Shown piece after piece: positions 1 to 9,634 of a stretch of 60,687 nucleotides of DNA; position 1 is the stretch's first letter; each line of letters starts with the position of its first letter. This DNA comes from Candidatus Nanohaloarchaea archaeon. GTDB lineage: Archaea > Nanohalarchaeota > Nanosalinia > Nanosalinales > Nanosalinaceae. A model generated the notes under the pieces. It was not told where the DNA came from. It was given only the letters and a program-made list of their open reading frames with translations, and made no database searches. The stretch covers positions 1 through 60,687 of the forward strand of contig JBEQBQ010000006.1 in assembly GCA_041639695.1 (NCBI GenBank), given 5' to 3'. The position numbers and the translations under genes were made by a program.

Positions 1-681
1 TTCCTTTTTTATCCGCTGTTTGACTTCTAGATACTCCTCTATTCCTGAGACTCTTCCTGAAATTACTGCCGCGGCCACGGTTGTCTCCAGCTTATCATTT
101 CTTCTCAAACCCATGACTTTGACGTCCTCTCCTACTTCTTCGATACTTGAGTGTAGCTCTGACTCTATCTTCTTGACTGCGTTTTCAGTTTCAGAAAGTG
201 GGTAATGACCAACGCCAAAACTAGTATCGTTTGACTTAGGTATTTTTTCCTCGAACACGGCCTTGAGGTCTGTTGATGTTTCGCCTATACGGGATTCAAA
301 CTCGATGTCTTCAGGTTCAAGCTGTTTGAAATTATTTTCTATATACTTCTTTGCAGCTTCAATCGCTATACGGTCAACAGGGATTTTTTCGCCGTTGAAT
401 TCTTTAGTCGCCCGTCCTGCTAAAAGAATGTAGATTGGTTCGATAAGTTCTCCTCCACCAAACTCAGGTTCAGAGCTTCCTGCAACCAGCTGCACTTCAT
501 CAGTGTTATGATGTAGAATCTTACCGAATCTTTCTCGATACTCCTTGCTGAGCGCTTTCGATACTGATTCGGCTATACCGTCAGATATAGAGTCCGGATG
601 CCCTTTTCCTTTTCTCTCCACCAATTCAGTTTCTCTTTTTTCAACAGGATCTGATTCAACCTTATTCTTGTCCAAGTGCAT
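1..681 (-). CDS. mat: archaeal S-adenosylmethionine synthetase (5' part; runs off window edge)
   Basis: Manual translation from ATG at 681: [38 protein letters not shown]...[20 protein letters not shown], the archaeal MAT signatures; absent from the ORF track because truncated. Confidence 0.93.
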   Translation of the reverse strand, partial: MHLDKNKVESDPVEKRETELVERKGKGHPDSISDGIAESVSKALSKEYRERFGKILHHNTDEVQLVAGSSEPEFGGGELIEPIYILLAGRATKEFNGEKIPVDRIAIEAAKKYIENNFKQLEPEDIEFESRIGETSTDLKAVFEEKIPKSNDTSFGVGHYPLSETENAVKKIESELHSSIEEVGEDVKVMGLRRNDKLETTVAAAVISGRVSGIEEYLEVKQRIKKE

Positions 682-694
682 GATTTTTACTCAT

Positions 695-905
695 TCACAG
701 ATTATTTTTAAGGTCCTGTATTAGCTTCTTTGTGCCACAGAAGCACGTAATAGTAGTTTAAAAAGAAATCTATGGACGCTATACCGAGTCCTAGGGTTAG
801 GTAGATATTTTCAATTTGAATTATAGAGTAAGCTGTCGCTAAACCAAATACTATGGCTAATAAAAGTCTTATCTAACGTTCTTTCTAGCTCAAATTCTGT
901 TCCAT
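695..905 (-). pseudogene. decayed DUF2892/YgaP-like small membrane protein
   Basis: Manual translation MEQNLS*KER*IRLLLAIVFG...NYY, then a +1 shift to [17 protein letters not shown]; two in-frame TAG and one frameshift. Confidence 0.55.
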
Positions 906-1016
906 CAAACTGACTAATTGCTGGCTGCTTATCATTATTTTGACATAGTCTTCCGAGATTTTTTGCGGCATTCCTTTTTTATTACTCTCAGTTAGAGTTG
1001 TTGATTATGATTTTTG

Positions 1017-1199
1017 ATGCATTTTGAAATCGACCTTGACTATTACGACAAGATACTAGGAGGAATATCTGTCAGTCTTATTGGAGGTGCCTCTGTCGGC
1101 ATTTTAACAAGTTTTCCGTTACCTCAAGCAGTTGGCGGCGGTGCTTTAATCGCAATAGTTTTGATGTACGATGGAATGTTTCGGAATGGTCTGGAGTGA
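1017..1199 (+). CDS. small two-TM membrane protein upstream of pit
   Basis: DYYDKILG...YDGMFRN hydrophobic ORF ending 7 nt before pit. Confidence 0.65.
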   Translation: MHFEIDLDYYDKILGGISVSLIGGASVGILTSFPLPQAVGGGALIAIVLMYDGMFRNGLE

Positions 1200-1206
1200 C
1201 TAGGTC

Positions 1207-2343
1207 ATGGAGATTATACTATTGCTTGGATTACTGGCCGCAGCATTCGTCGGCGTAAACATAGGAGGTTCTTCGACCGGGGTAGCTTTCGGGCCTTCAG
1301 TAGGTAGTAAACTGGTCTCAAAGCCTGGGGCCGCAGCTCTAATGACAGTTTTTGCTTTAATCGGCGGCTGGACAGTTGGTAGAAATGTTATCCAGACTAT
1401 GGGCGGCAAAATTGTTCCCGCGACACAGTTCTCACTGTCTGCTTCAGTAATTATACTCTTCTTTATCGGTCTAAGTCTATTGATCTCGAATCTTTCAGGT
1501 GTTCCGGCTTCAACATCGATGACTGCAGTAGGAGCTATCGCCGGTCTTGGACTAGCAACTAATACGTTAAACTGGCCGGTTATGGGTGCAATACTTTCAT
1601 GGTGGCTTGTAGCACCGGCCTTCGCTTTCCTTACCGGAGGAATTATAGGCAGATACATCTACGTGCATCTAGATGAATTTTTCAGTATAGAGCAGAGTGA
1701 GGGAAAAATGATCGATTTCAGTCCTTCCAAGAGGAAAATAGGGCTTGGCCCGGGCACCAGTTATAAAGAGCTTTTCAGTAGCATTCTTGTTCTTTCAATT
1801 GCCTGTTATATGGCGTTTTCAGCTGGAGCATCAAATGTTGCAAATGCTGTAGCGCCTTTAATAGGAAGCGAGGTCATCCAAATGAACGCAGGTATTTTGC
1901 TTGCGGTCGGTGCGATGAGCTTGGGAGGCTTTACTATTGCTAGAAGAACTCTGGATACTGTTGGCGATGGTATAACGGATCTTCCTTTGATGGCGGCTCT
2001 AGTCGTATCGGTAGTCTCTGCATCCATAATATCGGTTCTCTCCGCCATGGGGATTCCTGCCAGTCTGGCTATATCAGCTACTATGTGCATAACAGGTCTT
2101 GGCTGGGGCAGAGCCTCAAGAACAGTAAAAGCCAAGGAAGTAGTTGTAGAAGGCGAAAAACCTGCTTTAAAGGCTGGTGCGCTTCACTCCCGTGAGAAAA
2201 AGCGGATAGGTGAGGAAACTGAAAACGATCTTCCCGACAAACGTCTGTTTAAACCAGAAATTATCGCTCACGTTGTCACTTTCTGGATACTTACTCCTGT
2301 AATATCTGCAGCCTCATCCTATGCCGTATTTTTGCTTATTTGA
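1207..2343 (+). CDS. pit: PiT-family inorganic phosphate transporter
   Basis: Duplicated PiT-type motifs GVNIGGSSTGVAFG and AFSAGASNVANAVAPL; GVPASTS/GIPASLA; multiple TM helices. Confidence 0.88.
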   Translation: MEIILLLGLLAAAFVGVNIGGSSTGVAFGPSVGSKLVSKPGAAALMTVFALIGGWTVGRNVIQTMGGKIVPATQFSLSASVIILFFIGLSLLISNLSGVPASTSMTAVGAIAGLGLATNTLNWPVMGAILSWWLVAPAFAFLTGGIIGRYIYVHLDEFFSIEQSEGKMIDFSPSKRKIGLGPGTSYKELFSSILVLSIACYMAFSAGASNVANAVAPLIGSEVIQMNAGILLAVGAMSLGGFTIARRTLDTVGDGITDLPLMAALVVSVVSASIISVLSAMGIPASLAISATMCITGLGWGRASRTVKAKEVVVEGEKPALKAGALHSREKKRIGEETENDLPDKRLFKPEIIAHVVTFWILTPVISAASSYAVFLLI

Positions 2344-2395
2344 GGCTCTCTAATTTTACCTGGGGGTAAGAAGTGTTTGCGGCGACTATTTGAAA

Positions 2396-3454
2396 TTATC
2401 TAAACTCTATTCTTTGGTTTTCTGGGTTGACGCCTATCTTGCTCCCTAGTTGTAGTGGGAGCTTTGGATCGGTGTGTCCGAAGTCTACGTCGAAGACGAC
2501 AGGTGTTTCTGGACTGTATTGCTTGATTTCTTCCTTGATGCGTTCTTTCTGGTCTTCGTGATATTCTTGTTTTTCTTCTTCAGTTCTTTCTTCTCCGTGT
2601 AATGGGTTTCTTATCGGTCTGCCTACAAGAATAGCGGAGAACTTGTCGAGGATACCGTTCTCTCCCAGGCACATCAGCCATCTTTTGACTGTGGTTTCAC
2701 TTGGTGCTTCCTCTGAAGTTTCCAAGGCTAGAATGGTGTCTTCAAGGTCTTTCTGGTCGGGCAAGTATTTCTGGGTTGCCATCTGCCAGTCCATTATCTC
2801 GAAACAACCGCCAAACAGCCTACCTTCGACAGTTTCTTCATCGAAGTTCCAGAACTCCCAGCCAGGATTATCATGTCTTTCTCTGTCATCCACTATCTCG
2901 TCAGCTGTAATATCTATGAACTCGTCTGTGAACTGGTCTGAAGATTCAACTGTGCCTAAACTGTTTTCGAAGAATGCTTTCTCCAGATGTTTGTAGGTGT
3001 ATTCTCCGAGTTCTTCCCCACACATCAGGTCGGCAACTAACTGTCCGCCGTAGAAGCTTTGAATTCCCAGATTCCAGAGATAGATGTGTAGGTTAGTGTT
3101 GTCGCTGATCCCGTAGAATCTTGTAGGGTTGTTCTTCAGTCGTTCTGGATCAAGATGTTTGAGAACTCTTAGTTCTTCATCTCCTCCTGATACAGGTATT
3201 ACTGCTTTGATTTCAGGATCTTCGAATGCCTGCATAAACTCTTCTGCTTTCTCTTTTGGGTTAGCATTCAGGTATTCGGTATTTTTCTGCGCTGTATCAT
3301 AGATTATTGGTTCGAGTTCGAATCTTTGTTCGAGTCTTTCTATTCCTTTTTCGAAAGCTGCCGGAAATCTCTTCTTAATTCCTGCTGATGTAGCCATTAC
3401 CGCTACTTTATCGCCTTTCTCAAGTGCTGGCGGAAGTGTAAACTCCTCGGACAT
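2396..3454 (-). CDS. S66 family peptidase (LD-carboxypeptidase/MccF-like)
   Basis: GDKVAV, GISDNT (Ser), LETSEE (Glu), FGHTDP (His) triad. Confidence 0.9.
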   Translation of the reverse strand: MSEEFTLPPALEKGDKVAVMATSAGIKKRFPAAFEKGIERLEQRFELEPIIYDTAQKNTEYLNANPKEKAEEFMQAFEDPEIKAVIPVSGGDEELRVLKHLDPERLKNNPTRFYGISDNTNLHIYLWNLGIQSFYGGQLVADLMCGEELGEYTYKHLEKAFFENSLGTVESSDQFTDEFIDITADEIVDDRERHDNPGWEFWNFDEETVEGRLFGGCFEIMDWQMATQKYLPDQKDLEDTILALETSEEAPSETTVKRWLMCLGENGILDKFSAILVGRPIRNPLHGEERTEEEKQEYHEDQKERIKEEIKQYSPETPVVFDVDFGHTDPKLPLQLGSKIGVNPENQRIEFR

Positions 3455-3608
3455 AATCTTTTTCCTCCATCTAGTAGTTAAACACAGATTATTCTAAAAC
3501 ATGGTGTGTGAAGACAATAGCTGAAAAAGATTCTTTGAGTATCTAAAGAGTTGTGAGAAAACAGTTAGTTAGAAAAATCCATTTAGAATGCCTGTATAGG
3601 TATTTACT

Positions 3609-3680
3609 TGCGGCGACCGGGATTTGAACCCGGGTCACCGGCTTGGAAGGCCGGGGTCTTAGCCACTGGACCATCGCCGC
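3609..3680 (-). tRNA. tRNA-Gly(TCC)
   Basis: Reverse complement GCGGCGA..CCGGC-CT-TCC-AA-GCCGG..GGTTCAAATCC..TCGCCGCA folds as a cloverleaf. Confidence 0.95.
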
Positions 3681-3789
3681 TTTTACACGATAAGCTGTCT
3701 CCAGCCAATATTGTTGAGTTGACCTGTTAAATTCTTAAAAGGTGGCTTGCTGTGAAGCTTTGAAAAGCTTCGCTCAAGTATCTAAAGGT

Positions 3790-4224
3790 ATGAAAGAAGA
3801 CGACTTGGAACAAAAACTTACTGAACGTGTCAGGAAAGCAATCAACCGCGATCTGTCAGATGTAGGCAGTGGGGATGAAGAGCTCGTGAAACACGAGCCT
3901 AGGGATGAGCATGAGGAAAGATCACTAGACCAGTCTACGAAGAAAAGACCGATGCGCTGGGACCCGAGAGAGTCGGAATTCTTCTTCAACAACAGGGATT
4001 CGATGGGTAACGATGAGCTGAAGAAGTTCTTGGAAGGAGGATCCGAGTTCCAGGAGAAACTTGACGAAAAGGAGGAATGGAACGAGTTCTCCAGAGACGA
4101 GGAAAGAAAGCTTGTAACTTTACAGGGAAGTATGCAGCCTGATCAAATTGCTGAAGAACTTGGTAGAGATGAAGAGGAAGTAAAACTCAAGATGCGTATG
4201 ATGGGAATGAGAGCAGGTTTCTAA
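3790..4224 (+). CDS. hypothetical protein with two Myb/SANT-like HTH repeats
   Basis: RWDPRESEFF..., FSRDEERKL...IAEELGRDEEEV; ATG 3790; ends 2 nt before nop5. Confidence 0.6.
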   Translation: MKEDDLEQKLTERVRKAINRDLSDVGSGDEELVKHEPRDEHEERSLDQSTKKRPMRWDPRESEFFFNNRDSMGNDELKKFLEGGSEFQEKLDEKEEWNEFSRDEERKLVTLQGSMQPDQIAEELGRDEEEVKLKMRMMGMRAGF

Positions 4225-4226
4225 AA

Positions 4227-4976
4227 ATGGATAGAGAAGAAATCAGGGAAAAGGCGTTAGAAGATACGAAGGAAGAGCTGCGTGAAGATGTGGATAGGGA
4301 CCGTTTAATGGTTAAAGCGGTCAAGTTTCTAGACCAGACAACCAGAGACTTCACTAACGAAATGGAGCGGTTCAGGGACTGGTACGCCCTACATTTCCCC
4401 GAACTTGAGAAAGAGATAACGGATGATGAACAGCTTGTAAGCATTCTATCGCGTGGACTTGAGAGAAACAGTCTTGAGGCTTTTTCGGAGATGGCAGAAA
4501 GTTCAACAGGTACAGATTTAACCGACCAAGATCTTGAGATGCTTGAACAAGCCTTCGAAACAGTCAAGAAAAAAGATGATATCAGAGCCGATCTCGAGGA
4601 ATATGTTGAAGGTATAGCGAAGGAAGAGCTACAGAACATGGAAGCGTTACTTGGTCCTCTTCTAACCGCGAGACTTGTTGCATTAGCCGGAAGTCTTGAA
4701 GATATAGCGAAGAAACCGGCCTCGACAGTACAGATGCTTGGAGCCGAGAAAGCACTTTTCAGACACCTGAAAGGGCAGGGTTCCGCACCGAAGCACGGCG
4801 TGCTATTTGAACACAGGTACGTAAACGAGTTGCCTGAGGAGAAGAGAGGTAAGATGGCACGTTTCCTGGCAAACAAGACGGTTATGGCCGCAAGGCTAGA
4901 CCAGTACGGTGACAAGTTCAAGGGCGACGAGCTGAGAGAGGAATGCGAGGAGAAGTTCCGGGAACTCGAGAAGTAA
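4227..4976 (+). CDS. nop5: box C/D sRNP protein Nop5 (Nop56/58)
   Basis: RDWYALHFPEL, PASTVQMLGAEKALFRHL, PKHGVLF, RGKMARFLANK. Confidence 0.95.
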   Translation: MDREEIREKALEDTKEELREDVDRDRLMVKAVKFLDQTTRDFTNEMERFRDWYALHFPELEKEITDDEQLVSILSRGLERNSLEAFSEMAESSTGTDLTDQDLEMLEQAFETVKKKDDIRADLEEYVEGIAKEELQNMEALLGPLLTARLVALAGSLEDIAKKPASTVQMLGAEKALFRHLKGQGSAPKHGVLFEHRYVNELPEEKRGKMARFLANKTVMAARLDQYGDKFKGDELREECEEKFRELEK

Positions 4977-4977
4977 G

Positions 4978-5862
4978 TTATTTCACGTTCTCTACTTCCA
5001 GCCAGGGTACTTCTACGAGCACAGGTATGTGTTTTTCCGCGTGATGTTCCCATACTCCATTTTCTCCAAACGCTTCTCCATGATCCGAGGTAACAACAAC
5101 TTTACCATCCAGCTCTTCCGTGAGATCTGCCGCATGTTTCATCGCTCGCCTCATGTTCTCCCTGTGGTAGTTCATGAACACGTCCCTTGTATCGCCGATC
5201 GCTACCTCTAATAAAGATTTGCCGCTGAGACTCGAGTATAGTCCAAGTTTCATGACGGTTTCAGTATCCTCGATTCTTCCTATGAGATTCGCCATAAAGT
5301 TCCCAAACTTTTCGTTCAGTCCTCTGTCTGTCCCTCTTTTTAGACCGGCGAAGCTATCCCTTAGATGACTGTTTATCCTGCTTTTGCCGTGTCCAATAAA
5401 GGGGGCGTGAGGCTGCATGTAGTGTATTACGGTTCTCCTTTCAGATATGTCATCTATTCTTTCTCTGAACCCCCTGTTGACATCCTCAGGTCGGACGGTT
5501 CCCGTTTCATCGTTCCACGCCTCGTCCCACAGATCAATTATATTTGTTATATGGTCTGAGGGAGCCGTCTCATACTCGACAGAGCCTATCTCGCTGATAG
5601 GTAACCCGGTGCCGTTGATGAACGGATTGGCTGAGAACCAGTTGATGTTCCTGCGTCCTTTAAGGACCTTATCCGCCCACTCCGGTGTTGCGGAGCCAGG
5701 GCTCCTCCGTTTCTCCAGATCGCCCTCAAAAAATTCGTCGTAGATATCTCTGAAAACATCGTAACGAGCCGCGTCCAAGATAATGGCGTAGTCCCAGTCC
5801 TCCTCCAAGAAGTTCTGATCTTTCACGTCTAGAATTGGTGAACGCGATTTTAATTTTTTCAC
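4978..5862 (-). CDS. alkaline phosphatase/sulfatase superfamily protein
   Basis: IILDAARYD, SPGSATPEW, HYMQPHAPF, TSDHGEAFGE..WEH. Confidence 0.82.
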   Translation of the reverse strand: MKKLKSRSPILDVKDQNFLEEDWDYAIILDAARYDVFRDIYDEFFEGDLEKRRSPGSATPEWADKVLKGRRNINWFSANPFINGTGLPISEIGSVEYETAPSDHITNIIDLWDEAWNDETGTVRPEDVNRGFRERIDDISERRTVIHYMQPHAPFIGHGKSRINSHLRDSFAGLKRGTDRGLNEKFGNFMANLIGRIEDTETVMKLGLYSSLSGKSLLEVAIGDTRDVFMNYHRENMRRAMKHAADLTEELDGKVVVTSDHGEAFGENGVWEHHAEKHIPVLVEVPWLEVENVK

Positions 5863-5935
5863 CTCTAGGCGAGCAGGAAAGAAATAGTGGGAGTTCCAAA
5901 GGGTAAGATTCTAGGATGGCTAGTGAACGGAAGGT

Positions 5936-6178
5936 TCAGTCTTCAAGCCTGTCTTTCACCCATTTCAATCCTTCTGCACCTGCCTTGAAGCCGGCGATTG
6001 TCATTAATCCGGTTCCAACAGCCAGTTCTATTGTGCCGGGTGAAGTAAACTCTCCGGAATATGTTCCTATGAACTCGACAACTTCTTCCTCGTAAAGCGC
6101 TGTATAGGTAGAGATCGAGGTAAAGGACAGACCGTATCCCGCAACTTTTCTTTTCGTATCTGATTCGTAGTCTGGCAT
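5936..6178 (-). CDS. small hypothetical membrane protein
   Basis: ORF fills the gap before fibrillarin; hydrophobic segments. Confidence 0.5.
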   Translation of the reverse strand: MPDYESDTKRKVAGYGLSFTSISTYTALYEEEVVEFIGTYSGEFTSPGTIELAVGTGLMTIAGFKAGAEGLKWVKDRLED

Positions 6179-6230
6179 ATTTCTCAAGATACAGTTTAGG
6201 GATAAAACTGTTCGGATAGAACTCTGAAGT

Positions 6231-6875
6231 ATGAAGCAGGTACAACCCGGAATCTTCAGGAAGGACGGAAAGCTCTACACCAAAGCCTCATCTAACCAGA
6301 AAGTCTACGGAGAACAGCATGTCGACGTCGATGGCGTAAGCTACAGAGAGTGGGTGCCAGGAAGATCAAAGGCAGGAGCTGCCGTAATGAACGGAATTGA
6401 CCTTGGAGTAGAGAAAGATTCGGATGTGCTTTATCTTGGTGCTGCTTCCGGGACAACAGTTTCTCACTTCTCCGATATATTAGAAGAGGGATTTGTTCTA
6501 GGGGTAGAGTATTCAGATACCGTTATACGTCAACTTGTTGAATTGGCTGAGGATCGTGAGAATATTGCGCCGGTACTTGGAGACGCCAGAAAGCCTGAGG
6601 AGTATGAGGAAATGGTTGGAAAGGTTGATATTGTATTCCAGGATATCTCACAGAGAGATCAACCCGAAATATTCCTGAAGAACTGCAGAAAGTTCTTGAA
6701 AGATAACGGAACTGCTTTATTAGCTGTAAAAGCCCGTTCAATATCCTCCTCTAAAGACAAGGACGAGATATTTGATCAAGTTCGTTCAAAAGTAAGTGAG
6801 GAGCTAGAAATCGTTGATGAGACTGAATTAGATCCATACGAGAAAGAACATCTTTTCTTGAAGTTGAGGAAATAG
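6231..6875 (+). CDS. flpA: fibrillarin-like rRNA/tRNA 2'-O-methyltransferase
   Basis: VYGE, YREW.P.RSK, VLYLGAASGTTVSH, DARKPE.Y, L.PYEKEH. Confidence 0.96.
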   Translation: MKQVQPGIFRKDGKLYTKASSNQKVYGEQHVDVDGVSYREWVPGRSKAGAAVMNGIDLGVEKDSDVLYLGAASGTTVSHFSDILEEGFVLGVEYSDTVIRQLVELAEDRENIAPVLGDARKPEEYEEMVGKVDIVFQDISQRDQPEIFLKNCRKFLKDNGTALLAVKARSISSSKDKDEIFDQVRSKVSEELEIVDETELDPYEKEHLFLKLRK

Positions 6876-6889
6876 AGTGGAAGGCCTTG

Positions 6890-7087
6890 CTAGGCTTTTC
6901 CCAGCAGGCCTCCCAGATCTTTCGATACTTTGTTTTCTTTGAAGCCTCTGGAGTCGAAGTACTGAGGACTTTTGCAGCATTCTGCGTTTGACTCCAGTCG
7001 GTTTATTGTTCCCAGCACGGCGTGTTTGCCGGGTAAAACGTTTTTCTCTTCCCTCTCCCCACAGTTGTGACACACAAGTTCAATCAT
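6890..7087 (-). CDS. small Cys-rich (zinc-finger-like) protein
   Basis: MIELVCHNCG...ECCKSP; ATG at 7087. Confidence 0.55.
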   Translation of the reverse strand: MIELVCHNCGEREEKNVLPGKHAVLGTINRLESNAECCKSPQYFDSRGFKENKVSKDLGGLLGKA

Positions 7088-7199
7088 CTCTCGACCCTCG
7101 CAACCAGTAATACTCAAGACTCACTTTATAAAGGAGCGAGGATGGTTCCGGAAGTTCCGGTAGAAAAAATCTTTACATCTTCCAAACAAAAGTACTGGT

Positions 7200-7367
7200 A
7201 TGGAAAAGAACTGGGAATGCAACGACTGCGGAAGACAGCTTGAATCTGAGCTGGAACCACAGAACTGTCCATGCGGCTCCGAGGAAATAAAGGCACAGGA
7301 ACAGCTCTCGATGCTTGAACAGATGATGAAGGACTTCATTAAGGACGACAATCAGGGACAAAGCTAG
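7200..7367 (+). CDS. rubredoxin-like/CPxCG-type zinc-finger microprotein (55 aa)
   Basis: Manual translation MEKNWECNDCGRQLESELEPQNCPCGSEEI...; below the ORF-track cutoff. Confidence 0.7.
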   Translation: MEKNWECNDCGRQLESELEPQNCPCGSEEIKAQEQLSMLEQMMKDFIKDDNQGQS

Positions 7368-7417
7368 CGAACCAAAGATTAATCAATATACTAGAATGTA
7401 TACTTTTCGGGGCACCT

Positions 7418-7978
7418 TTGGGAGTTAGACAACTTAACACCGAAGCTTCTGAACCTTACGAAAACCTCGTGAAAGAGGACTACGATACTGATTTCTGGCT
7501 CCGCCGCTCGGACTACGAAGGCGACATACACGATTCTCTTATTGATGCCATGGGACATATGGAGGAAGATGAGCTGGAGGAAATCTTCGGCATAAGAAGT
7601 TTCAACCGACTTCTCGGCGAGGGATACGAGATGCAAAGTAATTTAGAAGTGGAAGACTGGGCCATAACCGGTTCATATAACGGCGGTGAGATCGCTGTAG
7701 GCCAAACTGTCTCCTGCAACGGCAAAGAAGTTATCCCGGGCACCAAGATACCACGAGACTTCCACCAAGCAATAAAATTCGGAGAACAAGTTGAAGAAAA
7801 ACTTGGAATGGGGGTCACAGGATTCTATGTCGTGAGAACATGTTACGAACCTGGTGATGTAAGAAGACAGAGACGGAGAATAGGGGAAGACATAGACTTC
7901 TTCGGATTTGAAAGCGTGGATGTCGAGATATACGAATTAGAGGCAGAGGAAGAGAAAGGACTCTGGAAACACTTCTAG
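7418..7978 (+). CDS. hypothetical acidic protein
   Basis: 186-aa ORF with halophile-type composition; convergent with sufC. Confidence 0.6.
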   Translation: MGVRQLNTEASEPYENLVKEDYDTDFWLRRSDYEGDIHDSLIDAMGHMEEDELEEIFGIRSFNRLLGEGYEMQSNLEVEDWAITGSYNGGEIAVGQTVSCNGKEVIPGTKIPRDFHQAIKFGEQVEEKLGMGVTGFYVVRTCYEPGDVRRQRRRIGEDIDFFGFESVDVEIYELEAEEEKGLWKHF

Positions 7979-8724
7979 GCCTCTTCCCTGACCCAGTCGT
8001 AGCCCTCATTCTCAAGTCTTTCAGCTAATTCAGGTCCACCAGACTTCACGATCTCTCCGTCAACCATGATGTGAACATAATCAGGTTCCACGTAGTCGAG
8101 AATTCGCTGATAGTGTGTAATCATCAGCATACCTCTATCATTTTCCGCCAGTTTGTTGATCCCGTTCGCAACGACTTTCAGCGCATCGATGTCGAGACCT
8201 GAGTCAATCTCGTCTAGGATCGCATATTTTGGCTGCAGAACGGCCATCTGGAGGATCTCGTTTCTCTTTTTCTCTCCACCTGAGAAGCCGTCGTTCAAGT
8301 AACGTCTTGCATACTCCTCATCCATATCAAGCATTTCTAATGCTTCCTCCATTCTTTCACGGAACTCCGACTGCATGATAGGATCCTTGCCTTCCTCTTC
8401 TCTCTGGGCGTTTATAGCTTCCTTCAGAAATTCTGCAACGGAGATACCAGAGATCTCGGAAGGGTACTGGAATCCAAGGAAAAGTCCTTCTCTAGCTCTC
8501 TCATCTGTTTCTTCGTGGGTAACGTCATCTCCATCAACTATGATCTGTCCTCCATCAATACTGTATACAGGGTTACCCATCAAAGACTTGCAGAGTGTTG
8601 ATTTCCCTGAGCCGTTAGGTCCCATAATGGCATGAACCTCTCCAGGTTTTACTTCTAGAGAAACTCCTCTAACAATTTTCTCGTCTTCAACCGAGACTTC
8701 AAGGTCTTTGACTTCAAGTGTCAT
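7975..8724 (-). CDS. sufC: Fe-S assembly ATPase SufC
   Basis: GPNGSGKST, FLGFQYP.EI, FSGGEKKRNEILQ, LDEIDSGLDIDAL, ITHYQRIL. Confidence 0.96.
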   Translation of the reverse strand: MTLEVKDLEVSVEDEKIVRGVSLEVKPGEVHAIMGPNGSGKSTLCKSLMGNPVYSIDGGQIIVDGDDVTHEETDERAREGLFLGFQYPSEISGISVAEFLKEAINAQREEEGKDPIMQSEFRERMEEALEMLDMDEEYARRYLNDGFSGGEKKRNEILQMAVLQPKYAILDEIDSGLDIDALKVVANGINKLAENDRGMLMITHYQRILDYVEPDYVHIMVDGEIVKSGGPELAERLENEGYDWVREEA

Positions 8725-8817
8725 GTAATAATGCACTTTAGCAACTTTCTTATGCTGAACGCTGGCTCCTGTTTTCAGGTTATCTTGGAAAGCGTAGAAC
8801 TTTTCTGGTTGGTTGTC

Positions 8818-9555
8818 CTAGATATGCCATGTAACGTCGTTTGAGGAATTCTTGACCTGTATACTTACCTTGTTAGCGTATTCTGACTCAGGGGATACCT
8901 GAAGAGTATTGCCGTTCCACTGTAGTTGAAGGCCGTTTCCGTTACCGGAATTACCGTGCTGGGTGATACTCGAGGATTTTGAGCCATTTCCGCTAACAGA
9001 CCAGTAAACTTTGTAAACTGCGGTAACATCGGTGTTCGATCCATCTGCCAGACCTACTAGTGCTTCACCTAAACATCTATTGTTGGCTGTAAACATGTCG
9101 TGCCATGAGTTCTGTGGGTTATTTGACTTGTCGAAAGTTACGTTTCTGGCCTCTATGTTAGAGTTTCCCACATTCACCGAGTGAGCTCCTGAAACCTTAA
9201 GCCTAGTGTTTCTGATTTCTACAGGACCGCCATCGTTTACCTTAAAATACGTACTGCCAGAGTCAAGGAAGTTAAATCCGGAAGAACCTGAAATATTGTT
9301 TTTAGTCAGTTTAAGACTTGATGCAGGAGTCATACTTAGTGCGCCGAGGCCTATAGCGCCAACACCGATTTTCTTTAGGAAATCACGCCTAGATACTGAT
9401 TCCTTGCCATTTAGATTATTTTTTTCTCCCAGCTTCTCTTTGAGCGCCTTCTTTTCTTTTTCAAGTCTGCGGGTTCTCCTTTTTAGACGCTCGTTCTGAT
9501 TCTCCAGCTCATTAATCTTGGATTCTATCTCCTGCTTCCATTTTTCCGAAGACAT
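8818..9555 (-). CDS. coiled-coil plus twin-arginine signal exported protein (paralog of 15235..16467)
   Basis: N-terminal heptad coiled coil, SRRDFLKK plus hydrophobic helix, beta-rich Asn/Ser/Gly C-terminal domain. Confidence 0.75.
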   Translation of the reverse strand: MSSEKWKQEIESKINELENQNERLKRRTRRLEKEKKALKEKLGEKNNLNGKESVSRRDFLKKIGVGAIGLGALSMTPASSLKLTKNNISGSSGFNFLDSGSTYFKVNDGGPVEIRNTRLKVSGAHSVNVGNSNIEARNVTFDKSNNPQNSWHDMFTANNRCLGEALVGLADGSNTDVTAVYKVYWSVSGNGSKSSSITQHGNSGNGNGLQLQWNGNTLQVSPESEYANKVSIQVKNSSNDVTWHI

Positions 9556-9634
9556 GTTTAGCGTTGTGCTTGGCTCAATTAAAAAATTCCGTCTATGTTT
9601 TGATCTGGCTTTTGCCGGCCTGTGAGTAACTTGG

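Noticed and set aside
873-887. Two in-frame TAGs suggesting amber recoding
   Set aside because: Well-conserved genes here (flpA, sufC, hisS, ychF) terminate at TAG at the expected position, and the same ORF also has a frameshift
7418-7978. Possible PD-(D/E)xK nuclease fold
   Set aside because: Only a vague D...Q-x-V pattern; catalytic Lys absent, so it cannot be supported by eye
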